From positions 41,726,001-41,790,000 of the forward strand of contig CM075978.1 of NCBI GenBank assembly GCA_038087875.1: a DNA stretch of 64,000 nucleotides, written 5' to 3'. The DNA comes from Malacoraja senta (taxonomy: Eukaryota). The notes below the pieces were generated by a model. The model ran no database searches and was not told the origin of the DNA. It saw only the letters and a list, made by a program, of their open reading frames with translations. Made by a program: the position numbers and the translations under genes. Of this stretch, positions 13,190-26,250 are shown piece after piece. Within the stretch, counting starts at the first letter, position 1; every line of letters starts with the position of its first letter.

Positions 13190-13622
13190 GTTTTGGAGAT
13201 ACAGTGTGGAAACAGGCCCTTCGGCCCACTGATTCCATGCTGACCAACGATCACCCACACACTAGTTCCATCCTACATGATAGGGACAATTAGCAGAAGC
13301 CAATTGTGAAGCCAAGGCCGAGAACCAAATTGGCTTCGGTAAAAAAAAATTATAAATTGTCCCTAGCGTGTAGGATAGTGCTAGGGTAGGGGGTGATCGT
13401 TAGTCAGCACGGACTCAGTGGGCTGAAGGGCCTGTTTCCGCGCTGTAACTCTAAAGTCTAAACTACACACTTGCGCATCTTTGGAATGCGGGTGGAAACC
13501 AGGGCATGCAGGGAAAACGGGAGAAGGAACAAACTCCGTACAGACAGCACCCATAATGAGGATCGAACCCGGTTCTCTGGCATTGTGAGGCAGCAACTCT
13601 ACCACTGTGCCATGGTGCCGCC
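13190..13622. mobile_element. Rearranged SINE cluster: inverted pair of 3' halves plus a minus-strand 5' half
   Basis: 13192-13305 (-) and 13328-13457 (+) are reverse complements; 13465-13620 is a minus-strand head and core. Confidence 0.78.
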
Positions 13623-14323
13623 CAGTCCTGCCTGTAACTTACAGTCATGCCTGTAAGTTAACATATCGGTTGGGCAGAGTTGTTCTGCTGCTCGCCTCTT
13701 GCACATCACCATCTCGAGGCAACATCAAATGGCAGGTCAAGTGCCACACATTGCTGGCTCTGGGCCAAATCCCACCCCTGAATGTTCATAGTCTGAGCCC
13801 AAGGACCTCGCATGTCAGAGATCACAAAGGTAATATTCCCAGCAGCTACAAGAAAATAACCTTGAACATGGCTGGTAATGACTTAATAATGTATGGGAGG
13901 AATGTAAATTCCCAAAAGAACAGGAACTATTTAGTGCAAATGTATGCATGTTTTAACTTGTGTATGCCCCATAATGATATACTGAAAATGCTGCACATTT
14001 GGCCAAAAGTGAATGTTTCAGACAAAAAGAAGCAGGTGCCCAAATTTGCAGTAATCCTCGTCACATGTTCACCTCTCACCCTAGCCATTTTCTGAGCTCT
14101 AACCTTTCACTTGAAGGCTAACCTTCAATTCACTGAGACAAGATTAGCTTGGGAGTCATCTCAGAAACTAAGTCCACAGATAGCTCCATTTATTAAACCT
14201 GTTGCCTGATTTATTCAGTTTTAAGTTGTCGGAGACTTTTGGTCGTTTCCTCCTGTACATTTTTCAATCTCCTCAAGGCCATAAAGAGCAGTTGCATTCC
14301 CCCACCTCCAGAGCATTCTTTAC

Positions 14324-14337
14324 AGGTCAAAAGGTCA
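14324..14337 (+). promoter_or_regulatory. Perfect DR2 nuclear-receptor element (AGGTCA-AA-AGGTCA), candidate RARE
   Basis: Two exact consensus half-sites with a 2-nt spacer, in non-repetitive intron 7 sequence. Confidence 0.6.
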
Positions 14338-15761
14338 ACATTCACAGATGTCTGTACCAGGCACCAATTGTTCTATTGACTGTACCCCAGGATACATGCA
14401 ACTTCTGTTGCCCATGGAGTAGGCTCTCTTTAAATACTCTGATGAAAAATACATAAGATCACACATCATTCTTTACAAACCACATTCCACAATCATTTCC
14501 AAAAGGATTGTTGAACTTCAATTATTGTAATCGCCTCCACTTAACCAGGTGTAACAGTTTAAAACAGTTTAAGAGCTTTATCTATACATTTTGCTTTATG
14601 TTAACTCTTTGGTTAGAGTAACAATTATTACCATTTTTGATTAACTGATTTTTTCCAGTGGAACTTTTACATCGTATAAATTTCTGAATTTTTGTAAATT
14701 CAACTGGATTTGTGATTCTTTGATACCTTTCAACACCAAGTGCTTAACCACATCGACTGAATGTCTGGAATTTTGCCCCAGTACATCATGAATAAAGAGA
14801 AAATTCTATTCATAGTTCTCTTGCATGTGTCTTTCAGTAAAATATTTCATAGTTTCTGTAGCCAAATTGCAAACATTTGGTGTTCATAAATGTTGTGCAG
14901 CAATTAATCACATATTTCAAATATCTTTTGGTCGCATCTCTAGAGATTAGTGTACTGTTCTTTCATAGCAGAAGCAAGATAGTGGTTATAAAAATAGAAA
15001 ATTAATTCCAATTAAACTTTGACAATTATCAAGCTATTCTCTTTAGCTGGGTTTAAATCTGGTTGGTATCGAAGTGCAAGAAAATATTTTTTTAAATATA
15101 AAGATAAAAGCTGCATGATCATTGTTTCAATATCCAGCACGGCTGGAGCATTGCTAATAAATGCGGAGAGTTGATTCAAAACACTTGCAGCAGATAACTA
15201 TTGATTTACTAATGGAGTGTCTCAATGTGCAACTAATAATGGAGGGTTACTTCACACATGTAATCGGTAATTCATGGTAGGTCATAATCACGAAGTTCGA
15301 TACTGTTTGAAATTAACCATTGCTAACAACTAAATTTATGCAGATGTTGCATGCAGCTTTGCACGATGTGCCCACATTAATGCGAAAGGTATTTTAACCT
15401 CGGGCTTAAATGGTGCTGACAGAGAATAAGAATTTACGGCAAGCGGTGGTTATCCTATTACTCTAACTTATGAAAAAACCTTCAATTTAAACTGTGTCAT
15501 CTTTTGAGAAGCATGTAAATATACTTATCTTTACATTTGTATTTTTTTTTTTTATGAGAAGAAATGTGCACCAAGATGATCTAATAAGTAGAGAACGCAG
15601 ACCATCCATTGCATCAAGAATTATGCCTAAACATGAATCTAAGGCCAAAATGCAAATATGTAGAGTCTGATTAATGCAACACTCTGGTAACAAACACAAA
15701 GTCTTGCATTTTATTCATTTGAACTGCATTCATTTGAGTATTGGTAAATACTGAACACAAC

Positions 15762-16120
15762 AAGGTGTACAAAATCATGAGAGGAATAGATCGGGTACAT
15801 GCCCAGTCTCTTGCCCAGTGTAAGGGAATCAAGGAGCAGAGGACATAAGTTTGAAGTGAGGGGGAAAAGATTTCATAGGAACCTGAGGGGAAAACTGTTT
15901 CACACAAAATGGGGTGGGTGTATGGAACGAGCTGCTTGAGGAGGTAGTTGAGGCAGGTACTATCACAACATTTAAGAAACATTTGGATAGGTTTCTGGAT
16001 AGGACAGGTTTAGAAGGATATGGGACAAACGCGGGCAGGTGGGACCAGTGTAGGTGGGACATTTTGGTCGGTGTTGGCAAGTTGGGCCGAAAGGCCTATT
16101 TCTACGCTGTATGACTATGA
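15762..16120 (+). mobile_element. CR1/HER1-like LINE 3' fragment
   Basis: Decayed ORF end (VGVWNELLEEVVEAGTITTFKKHLDRFL) plus 3' tail. Confidence 0.8.
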
Positions 16121-18139
16121 ACAACTGCCAACACTCTTTTGCTCTGATGTATCTCTTATAGCACAGGAACGTTTGGGCTCAAACTTTTAGTAATAAACAT
16201 ATTCTGTTTCAAAATAAATGTAAAGTTTTTGTAATAATATTCCTTCGAGGAACAGAATTCTTAGTTGAGACATGTTATTCCAAATAAAACTATTTTATTT
16301 TTACGTAATGTGAATGTCCACAATGTGCTAAATGCTTTCTATAAAATGAAAATATTAAACCTATGCGTGTTTATTTTTATGTTATTAAAAAGTTGATGAT
16401 TCATAAATAATTGGCCACATGAATACTACAAGCACACAACTAGTCTTGTCTCTGTCAACAGTAGCCGCAAGCATTTTGTTTACAATGTCACAAATAAAAT
16501 TTAGCTTCAGTGCAACTTCTTGGACTGTGAGTGAAAGTTGGAATTTGGAGGGCACCAAAGTTTATTTGTTCCACATAACTAGATTAAGTGCCTTACAGGA
16601 TGCCTGTCGTATTCATTCCAATGCGGAAAATTTACCCCCAAATATACCATTTATAGTAAATAACCAGCTAATTTATGAAATATGTTCTTCAAAATGAAAA
16701 CATGCTCAGTCCAATATTTTCCCCAATCCAATTGTAATATTTTTAATCTGGTTGCAATCTAAACTTAGAATTCTTCTGTACATTCATGAAGAAAGGCACA
16801 ATAAGAATAGATGTCCTTTGAAATGGCTTGGAGGGTTCGTTAGAAGAAAGGGTAAGGGTGTGATTTGCTTCTATTCAGGCAGTTGGAGTACTTGTATTGC
16901 AGTCATAAAAATTATTGAACCAGAAATAGTTTTGGGCATATTAACTGGACTGAAGTCAAATGTGTTTATGTTGTGGTTGTGCCACAGGGATGGATTCACA
17001 TCAGCTCCACGCTGCATTCTGAATAAGAAGGGGAGGGGACAGCAGATGGATAAAATAAGCAATTAGGCAGCCACATTTTAGCATTGATTTCAAATTTTGC
17101 TGCTAGCTGGGAATCAGAAACATTTAGCTTCCAGGTAGGAACCCGACTCTAATAAATGTATTGTTGAGCTGAGAAACGATGCTTTCATATCATTCATTAA
17201 GTTACAGACACAGAGCTCAGGAAAAGAGATAACATTAAAATAAATGGAAAAATACACAAATTATATTACAGCTTAAGATCCATAAGAGATTTTAAGTGGT
17301 TGTAAGAAATTCTAAGTGAAATGGACCAGTGGAGACAAAGGAAAACCATACAAAAGTCACAATTTCAGTTCTGCTTTTGGTCTAATATAAAGACTTTCTT
17401 TCAGTTGGTTCATTTGTGAAAATTGGATGCATTAGAATCAGCATTATGTCCAAGGTTAAATATATATCTCTAAAAATGTTTAGATGGTTCACACATTATA
17501 AAAATTTAGATCAGTAAGAATGAGGCCATTTATTGTTTTATCATGATCCTGATTCACTCCTGAATGTTGCATGCATTTTGCTCTTGGCGAACACGTGCAA
17601 ACAAGTTGCTACACAAAAACGAAACACATTTTGAAGTAAACATATTTACAGCTTTTGGACAAAAGTACAGCTAAAAGTCAACTGAAAGGGATCATTAGAA
17701 AGAGCATGCAGAAGACATTTGTTTTACTTAAAAAAACAATCAATGTTTTCACAGATATTTATATATACCTTTAATAACTACTAATATACTACACATTTAT
17801 CTTTGGTTGTTACATGCATCATTATGACACTGTTGGGTATAAAATAACTGACCTAGTAGAAGATGGCAAAGATGGCTTTTCCTTTGCAGAACACCGAATT
17901 TATCTATCAAGTAACCAAAAAGAAAGATTGTATTGGAACTCGGCCAATTTGTTAATTTTCTTGCAATATAAATAATTCACCTGATCATTCTCGTTGTTAA
18001 AATACCTACATTTATTTCCTCAAAATGTCACTCTTTTCTAATTTACTGCCACTTTGCATCATTCAGTACAATAACACCTCATATTCCTCTTGGGTAGCTT
18101 CCAATGCAACAGTATGCACCCTGAAATTTTTAATTTTAG

Positions 18140-18565
18140 ATAACCCCCCTCCCCCTACCTTACTCCCCCATACCCCCCTTTCTCTCTCCCCCCCCTCCCA
18201 CTCTCCCCTGTGCCCCACTTGGACTCACACCAATTTCTCCCCTCCCCATCCAGCTACATTCCTACCTCTGCCTTCACAATTCGCAACTCTTCAATCCTTT
18301 TGTCTCGCGCATTTTTCCATCTCTGGCCTTTGTCCAACTATCTGCCTATCAAAAAACACCTGTTCACTTATTACCTGCCATGCTTTGCCCTGCCCATCCT
18401 CTCTTCTAGCTTTCTCCCCCCCCCTATCCAATAATCTGTCTGAAGAATTGTCCCAGCCCAAAACACCACCCATCTATGTTTTCCAGGGATGCTGCCTGAC
18501 CTGCTAAGTTACCTCAGCACTTTGTGTCTTATTTTTGTAAACCAGCATCTGTAGTCCCATGTTTC
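18140..18565 (+). mobile_element. Penelope-derived 3' terminal fragment (degenerate hammerhead core)
   Basis: Pyrimidine-rich leader then the gtctgaagaa...gatgctgcctgacctgct unit. A homologous minus-strand copy lies at ~24985-25280. Confidence 0.7.
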
Positions 18566-19037
18566 AACATTTTAACACAACACACATTGGGCTTTGCTGC
18601 CAATGATAATCCCCAAATACACTCTCGACAAAGCCTGTTGTGGAATGGTCGTCGTCTTAACGTCTGCCTGCATGCGTTTCCTTGAATGAATTGGCCTTCT
18701 CATTCCTAACATTAGCCAATGATGTTCCAGCCAGATATTGGGAGGTGGGATCCCCATGACTAGAATGCATTAAACTTGTGATTGTGAAGTATTTTCTGTT
18801 ATTTAAGTGTTGACTAAAGTTCCATTAAATTTATTTCTGCGATAATGTGGTATCAACCCCACTTCCTAAATATTGCTTACATTGCAAGATATTTGCCTCC
18901 AGAAGTCAAAGTAACTTCATTATTTTTAACAATGCTCAGACTCAGCTAAACATCTCTAAGAAATGCATATTTGGATATATTAACTGAGTTCTCCATTACA
19001 TGATCAACCTTTATAAATAAGCCATACAGCTGACTTA

Positions 19038-20683
19038 CAGTGCCCTCCATAATGTTTGGGATAAAGACCCATCATTTATTTATTTCCCTCTGTACTCCAC
19101 AATTTGAGATATGTAATAGAAAAAAAATCACATGTGGTTAAACTGCACATTGTCAGATTTTTATTAAAGGCAATTTGTATACATTTTGGTTTCACCATGT
19201 AGAAATTACAGCTGTGTTTATACTTAGTCCTCCCATTTCAGGGCACCATAATGTTTGGGACACATGGCTTCACGGGCATTTGTAATTGCTCAGGTGTGTT
19301 TAATTTCCTCCTTAATGCAGGTATAAGAGAGCTCTCAGCACCTAGTCTTTCCTCCAGTTTTTCCTTCACCTTTGGAAACTTTTATTGCTGTTTATCAACA
19401 TGAGGACCAAAGTTGTGCCAATGAAAGTCAAAGAAGCCATTATGAGACTGAGAAACAAGAATAAAACCTAGGCAAACCTTAGGCTTACTAAAATCAACTG
19501 TTTGGAACATCATTAACAAGAAAGAGAGCACCGTTGACCTTACTAATCACAAAGGGACTGGCAGGCCAAGGAAGACCTCCACAGCTGATGACAGAAAAAT
19601 TCTCTCTATAATAAAGAAAAATCCCCAAACATCTGTCCGAAAGATCAGAAACATTCTTCAGGAATCAGATGTGGATTTGTCAATGACCACTGTCCGCAGA
19701 AGACTTCATCAATAGAAAAACAGAGGCTACACTGCAAGATGCAAACCACTGGTTAGCCGCATAATTAGGATGGCCAGGTTCCAGTTTGCCAAGAAGAACT
19801 TAAAAAATCAACCACAGTTCTGGAAAAAGGTCTTGTGGACAGATGAGACGAAGATTAACTTATATTAGAGTGATGGCAAGAGCAAAGTATGTAGGAGAGA
19901 AGGAACGGCCCAAATTCCAAAGCATACCACCTCATCTGTGAAACACGGTGGTGGGGGTGTTATGGCCTGGGCTTGTATGGCTGCTGAAGGTACTGGCTCA
20001 CTTCTCTTCATTGATGATACAACTACTGATGGCAGTTACATAATGAATTCTGAAGTGTATAGACATGTCCTATCTGCTCAAGTTCAAACAAATGCCTCAA
20101 AACACATTGGCCGGTGGTTCATTCTACAGCAAGACAATAATCACAAATATAATGCTAAAGCAACAAAGCAGTTTTTCAAAGCTAAAATTGGTCAATTCTT
20201 GAGTGGCCAAGTCAATCATCTGATCTGAACCCAATTGAGCATGCCTTTTATATGCTGAGGAGAAAACTGAAGGGGACTAGCCCCCAAAATAAGCATAAGG
20301 TAAAGATGGCTGTAATACAGGCCTGGCAGAGCATCACCAGAGAAGACACCCAGCAACTGGTGATATCCATGAATCGCAGACTTCAAGCAGTCATTGCATG
20401 CAAAGGATATGCAACAAAATACTAAACATGACTACTTTCATTTACATGACATTGCTGTGTCCCAAACATTATGGTGCCCTGAAATGGGGGGGAACTATCT
20501 ATAAACACTGCTGTAATTTCTACATGGTGAAACCAAAATGTATAAAAATGGCCTTTATTAAAATCTGACAACGTGCACTTTAACCACATGTGATTTTTTT
20601 TCTACTACAAATCTCAAATTGTGGAGTACAGAGGCAAATACATAAATGATGGGTCTTTGTCCCAAACGTTATGGAGGGCACTG
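19038..20683 (+). mobile_element. Full-length Tc1-family DNA transposon (IR/DR type), non-functional
   Basis: TA target duplications (19036-37, 20684-85); CAGTG...CACTG ends; ~225-bp TIRs with internal direct repeats (ataatgtttggga). Confidence 0.95.
19400..20425 (+). pseudogene. Tc1 transposase pseudogene (DD34E)
   Basis: MRTKVVP start, VLWTDETKI, VKHGGGGVMAW, LQQDNN, WPSQSSDLNPIE. Early TAG and frameshifts; D-to-E spacing is 34 once one missing base at ~20187 is restored. Confidence 0.92.
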
Positions 20684-20784
20684 TAAGTTCACTTGCCCTT
20701 TCACCCACTGACCAATAAGCACGATTCTATATTTTACTTTTGTCAAATTAATTTATTTCTATATTTTTTAGTTCAGTTTTTAAT

Positions 20785-21035
20785 TTTAGAGACACAGTGT
20801 GGAAACAGGCCCTTTGGCCCACCGAGTCCATGCCGACCAAAAATCCCGATACACTATCATTATCCTACACACTGGGGACAATTTACAATTTTTACCGAAG
20901 CCAATTAACCTACAAACCTGCACGTCTTTGGAGTGCGGAAACCAGAGTACCTGGGAAAACCCACGCGGTCAAGGGGAGAATGTACAAACTCCATACAGAC
21001 TGCACCCATAGTCAGGATCGAACCCAGGTCTCTGG
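20785..21035 (-). mobile_element. SINE (HE1/V-SINE-like), head truncated
   Basis: Same family. Confidence 0.78.
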
Positions 21036-22144
21036 GTATATTCAATCTATCTGTTGCAACCAAATCATTTAAAGTGACAGTCTTATTAGAGCACATATTC
21101 CAGCCGCTCTTGTAGTTAAGATTTGCTGTGCCTGTTGTGAGTCTAATTTTGGTAATTTTTCCCTCTGTCGGATGTTCGGCACAGTTAATGTGAACTGCAC
21201 AGGCTGTTCTACTGAGTGGACCTTTTCCACAATCCAACTGATAATTACATGCCATTCGAAGACAAAGATAACGCAGATCATCTGAATACTGCAAAAAAAA
21301 GGATGACGTTAGCATCTCGGCCCAATGTCAGATGTGCTTTTCTTTTAATCTAGAGTTTTGGGACATGTGACGTGGAAACTAATGCTGATCAATTTGTTTA
21401 ATCATCTTTTGGAACTGGTCCAGGTGCTGCTCTCTGCTGAAAGCTGCACTAGCGAGATGAATCTCACTGTTTACAGGACCACTGGTTTCGGACATGCCAC
21501 TGGAACTTACAATAAATGGCTTGGACGCAGCAGTTCGTACTCACAGCAGAGAGGATGAAAGTTAAAAACTATATGCATTAACTTTACTTCTCCCCATAGG
21601 ATCACATCATGAATAATTTAACTTCTCTTATGCTAATTGGATCATGAAAGTATCCTTCTCTTCAGATTCACCACTCTCCGCTTTCACCAGAAACCCACCC
21701 CCCACTCTCTCTGCCCCACCCCCCCAAAACCACTTATCTGTCCAGAAAGACACAAAGTGGAACTCTGTTTTATGTGAAGTATATGACTTAAGATACAGGC
21801 TTGCGATTAGGAATTGCCTACAATACGGTCTGCAGTAAATTTCAATCCAGCATTCCTTGAGCTTTTCATTCTAGAGTGGGCACTTTTGTTTTGGCGATTC
21901 CCAGCACAATTGTAGCGAGGGAGCCTGTACGAATAATGGCCGTCATTATCTCGGATCAAGTTTCAGAATAGAAAAGATCGAAATCCATTTTCTTCCCCTT
22001 TGCTTTTGTTTCGGAATGCGAGACAATTCACCTGGCAGGCTTATTGCAAATTGCCTATTCATTTAATGTATTTAAAAACAAAATAAAAATAAAAAACTTG
22101 CCTTCATGTCACATCCTCACGATGTCCCAAAACCATCAGAGTCT

Positions 22145-22412
22145 TTGAGTCATAGAGTCATACAACGTGGAAACAGGCCCTTTGGCTAAACTTGCCCATG
22201 GTGACCAACATGCCTCATCTTCACTAGTCCCACCTGCCAGCCTTTGGCCCATATCCCTCTAAACCTATCCTATCCATGTACCATCCAAATGTTTATTACA
22301 CATTGTGATAGTACCTGCCTCAATTACCTCCTCCAGCAGCTTGTTCCATACACCTACCAAAGTAAAAAAGTTGCCCCACAGGTTCCTATGAAATCTCTCC
22401 CCTTGACCTTAA
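22145..22412 (-). mobile_element. CR1/HER1-like LINE 3' fragment
   Basis: Reverse complement of the same tail as 15762-16120. Confidence 0.75.
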
Positions 22413-23034
22413 AATAGCGCCAATGAATCCCATCTGGATATATGCCATTATTTTGATTTAGAAAGCAAATTGGCTGAACTCGGTGCCGCAAGCACTAATG
22501 AATATTTGTTAGATGATGTTGGTTAAGGAGTAAAAATATTAGCAGTACAGGGTGAGGGCATTCCTAATGCCCTCTATAATGGGATAGGCATCGAGACTAG
22601 CAGTCGAACTTTAGACAGGAATATCCAATGTGGTGCCCATTTAAAGTCAACGTCTACAAATGAGAAGGGAGGAAACTGCCAAAGACGAAACATCTGCTGT
22701 TGTACTGAGCAGGGGAAATTCTTACTCTGGTAGTGGGATGATTGGATTCATTTTGTATTATCACAGCCCGAAGCGCGCGCGTGACTTAAGCATTTCAAGA
22801 TGTAACTGCGGCTTTCAGTGTTCAAAGTAATTATAGAAGAATCATCTTACAAATGCAAAATGCACATCCATGTGACTCAGCACAAGACTCCTGATTTCCC
22901 TTTTGATTCTCTACTCCTTGGCTCTTCTCACTATTTGTTTTTAATCTATGTCCTCCTGGGATGTGGGTGTCACTGACTATGTCAGCATTTATTATCTGCA
23001 GTGAGACGCTCAATAGATTATTTCCAAAGACAGT

Positions 23035-23300
23035 TATGAGTCAACCACATTATTGTGGGTTTGAGACACATGTTGTCCAGGTAACAAAAGCAGATTTTCT
23101 TTTCTGAAGGACATTTGTCAGAACAGATGGGTTTTTAACAACATCCTGATCATTTTATGGTAAGAGTTATGAATGCTAGCCTTTTGTTGCAAAAGTATTT
23201 AGTGAATTGAACCTTAGCTGTCCATGATGGGACTTGGATTAATGCCTGCAGATCATTTGTCCAAATTTCTGGATGCTAGACCAGTCCTATGACCTAGTGG
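23035..23300 (-). mobile_element. Old degenerate tRNA-derived SINE relic
   Basis: Resembles, from memory, old chondrichthyan SINEs (reversed tRNA-like head ...ccatgatgggacttg...ctggatgctagaccagt); family not assignable. Confidence 0.35.
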
Positions 23301-23359
23301 TCCTGCTAGTTTCACTGTCATCCTGCTTAGTTTCACTGTTCGTATCCCCTTGTAATCAA

Positions 23360-24005
23360 CTTTTTTACAGCCAACAATGGACCATTGTGGGTTCCACCTT
23401 GATCATGGCTTTGATTTGTTCTTTTCATACCTTGCATTCATTTGTTCTTTGTACCTTTACATACCTCTAGTTTCCCTCTCCCCTGATTTTCAGTCTGAAG
23501 AAGGGTCTCAACCCAAAGCTTCACCTGTTCCTTTCCTCTAGAGATGCTGCCTGACCCGCTGAGTTACTCCAGCATTTAGTGTCTATATCTATGATCACTA
23601 TGCTCAAATCGCCTCCCCCATCCCACCGTCTCTCTATTAAGATATTACTTGAAACAACACAGTGCTGGAGTTATGCTACGGGCCTGGCAGCATCTCTGGA
23701 GGACATGGATAGGTGACGTTTCGGATCGTGGTCCTTCTTCAGTCTGAAGCAGGTTCCTGACCCGAAATGTCACCTATTTATGTCCTCCAGAGGTGCTGCC
23801 TATCCTGCTGAGTTACTCCAGCACTTTGTGTTGTTTTTTTTGTAAACCAGCGTCAGTCTGAAGAAGGGTCCATCTTCAGTTTGAAGAAGAGTCCAGACCA
23901 GAACCGTTACCTATCTATGTCCTTCAGAGATGCTGCCCGTCTGCTGAGTTACACTTGCACTTTGCATTATTTTTTTGTAAACCAGCATTTGCAATTCCTT
24001 GTTTC
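23360..24005. mobile_element. Cluster of Penelope-derived terminal repeats, including a head-to-head pair (23655-23835)
   Basis: Four or five copies of the ctgaagaagggtc...gagatgctgcctgacccgctgagttactccagca unit; inversion centre cttcagtctgaag at ~23737-23749. Confidence 0.8.
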
Positions 24006-26054
24006 TAAAATATTACTTAAGTATGACTTTGTGCACACTTTCTGTCATCTACCTTCATTTCTCCTGTGAATCACCTTCCAATGTTATGCTGAATTAAAGG
24101 CACCATAGAAATACAGCTGTTAGTGACAAAGAATCATCCAGATCTCCGGTCCATAATGCACTGGGTATCTCAAGCATGGTTGCCGTCACAACCACCTGTT
24201 CAAATGGCTGTGGCAGCAGTGAAGATCAGCATATGGGGTTGAGCTCTGTTCTACTATGTAGTGCAGATGGTAGGGGAAGGTGGGGGTGGGGGGGGGGGAG
24301 ATTCGGTTTGTGCATTAGGGAGGCTAGAAAAGGTTCAGTCAATGTACAGCTTCTTGTCAGCAGTCATCAGGCAAAGAATACTAACCACCAGCAAGAAACA
24401 TTTACTGGGAAGCAACCCAGACCATCACACAAACCAACCTCCCTTCCATTGACTCCATCTACACTTCACACTGCCTGGGCAAGTCCACCAGCATAATCAA
24501 GGACGAGTCAAAATACGGGAGTCAAGATCATCCCGTCAACGGCCCCTGACCGCGGGAGAACAAAGAAGGGAAGAGATTGAACTTTTTTTCCCGCCTTCCA
24601 TCACAGTGAGGAATGTGGAGGAGTCACTGTGGTGGATGTTTATGCTAAAATGTATTTTGTGTGTTCCGTTGCTTTTTATTTGTATGACTGACTTGGCAAA
24701 TTAAATTCCTCGTATGTTGCAAAACATACTTGGCTAATAAAGTATTATTGTAAATTTACCTTCGTCACTGTCAGAGACAAACAATCTAATACACAGCATT
24801 CAGCAAATAATGCGGTTGAAGTTAATTTCATTGATGTCCTGAAATTATTCTTTGCAGATTTTATTCCACAAATGCTCAGTACCTTAGTGTAGCCTGAATA
24901 TTCAAAAGGTTGCCCTTACTAGAGGGCAGATGAGCAGACCAAGCAACATCAAGATCTAATGAGTGTGTTCTGAATGGAAAAATAGACAGTGCTGGATTAA
25001 CTTGGTGGGTCAGGCAGCATCTCTGGAGAACATGGATAGGTGACATTTTGGGTCAGGATCCTTCTTCAGGTTGACTGTGTGTGTGTGTGGGGGGGGGTGG
25101 GGTGGGGCTGGCGGCTGGAAGGGAAGAAAGCTGGAGGAGAGGAGGGTAAGAACAAAGCCTGGCAGGTCATAGGTGAATACAGCTGAGGCAGGTGATTGGA
25201 CAAAGACCAAAGATGGTGTGAGACAAAAGGATTGAAGAGGCGAATTGTGAAGCTAGACGAAGGAATGTAGGTGGAAGTATCATGGAGACAGATGAGATTC
25301 ACAGACAAAATATCAGCAGAAGGTATATGGAGATGCACAATTTAGCACTGGTGAGAGTTGAATACTATGAGGAGATTAACAGGAACAGGGGGTGGAGAAG
25401 AGTACAGAAAGGATGATCTCAATCTAGCTCATTATCCCAAGAGAACTGATGAAAAATTAAAAAAAATAAATCTTATTCACTATCAAAAATACAAGGTTGG
25501 GAAAGAGCCTTGCAAAAAAGTAACAAATGTTTTTTAAAATATTCCCCTAAGGTATCAGTATTTAGGATTAATTACAGCTCTGCTTAAACTACGGAAAACC
25601 TTCTTGCCTGGTGCTGAATGCATTCAAACTAAACCTTTTAAGGAATGGGTTGCTTTAATATGTGTTAGTTGATAAGCTGGATTATCAATCCTTCGCATGA
25701 CAGATTCTGCTTTACAGCAATTTCTGCCAATTCTCAGTAGGAGGATTGCTCAATTGCTGTGTACAAAATGGCCTAACAAAAATGGATTGAAACAAAATGT
25801 CCCTTTACAACAATCATACACCGATTCTGTCAACATCAATTGTTCTTTGATGCATAGCTAATGACTATCCAGCTCTCTTTATCTCTGATTTTGATTAAGT
25901 ATCTCATTTCTAAATCAGTATCCTGAACTGGGATGCCAGGGTGACACCTAACTACATTCTGATAATTATTTAACCTTTTTCTGCCACTGCATTGTGTTGG
26001 CCAACTAAGTAAAATTAAAATGATTTTTTACTAAATCAGACTACATTAAAAAAA

Positions 26055-26250
26055 AGACACGCTTTGAAGTAACTCAGCGGGTCAGGCAGCATCTCTGGAG
26101 AACATGGAGTGGCAACGTTTTGGGTCGGGACCCTTTTTCTGACCCGAGAAATCGTCTATCCGTGTTCTCCAGGGATGCTGCCTGACTCGCTGAGTTACTC
26201 CAGCACTTTGTATCTGTTTTTGTAAACCAACATCTACAGTTCCTTGTGTC
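26055..26250. repeat. Head-to-head palindromic pair of Penelope-derived repeats
   Basis: agtaactcagcgggtcaggcagcatctctggagaaca ... tgttctccagggatgctgcctgactcgctgagttact. Confidence 0.8.

Noticed and set aside
22090-22650. Possible ancient DeuSINE-like relic interrupted by a CR1 fragment
   Set aside because: Similarity too faint to support without alignment.
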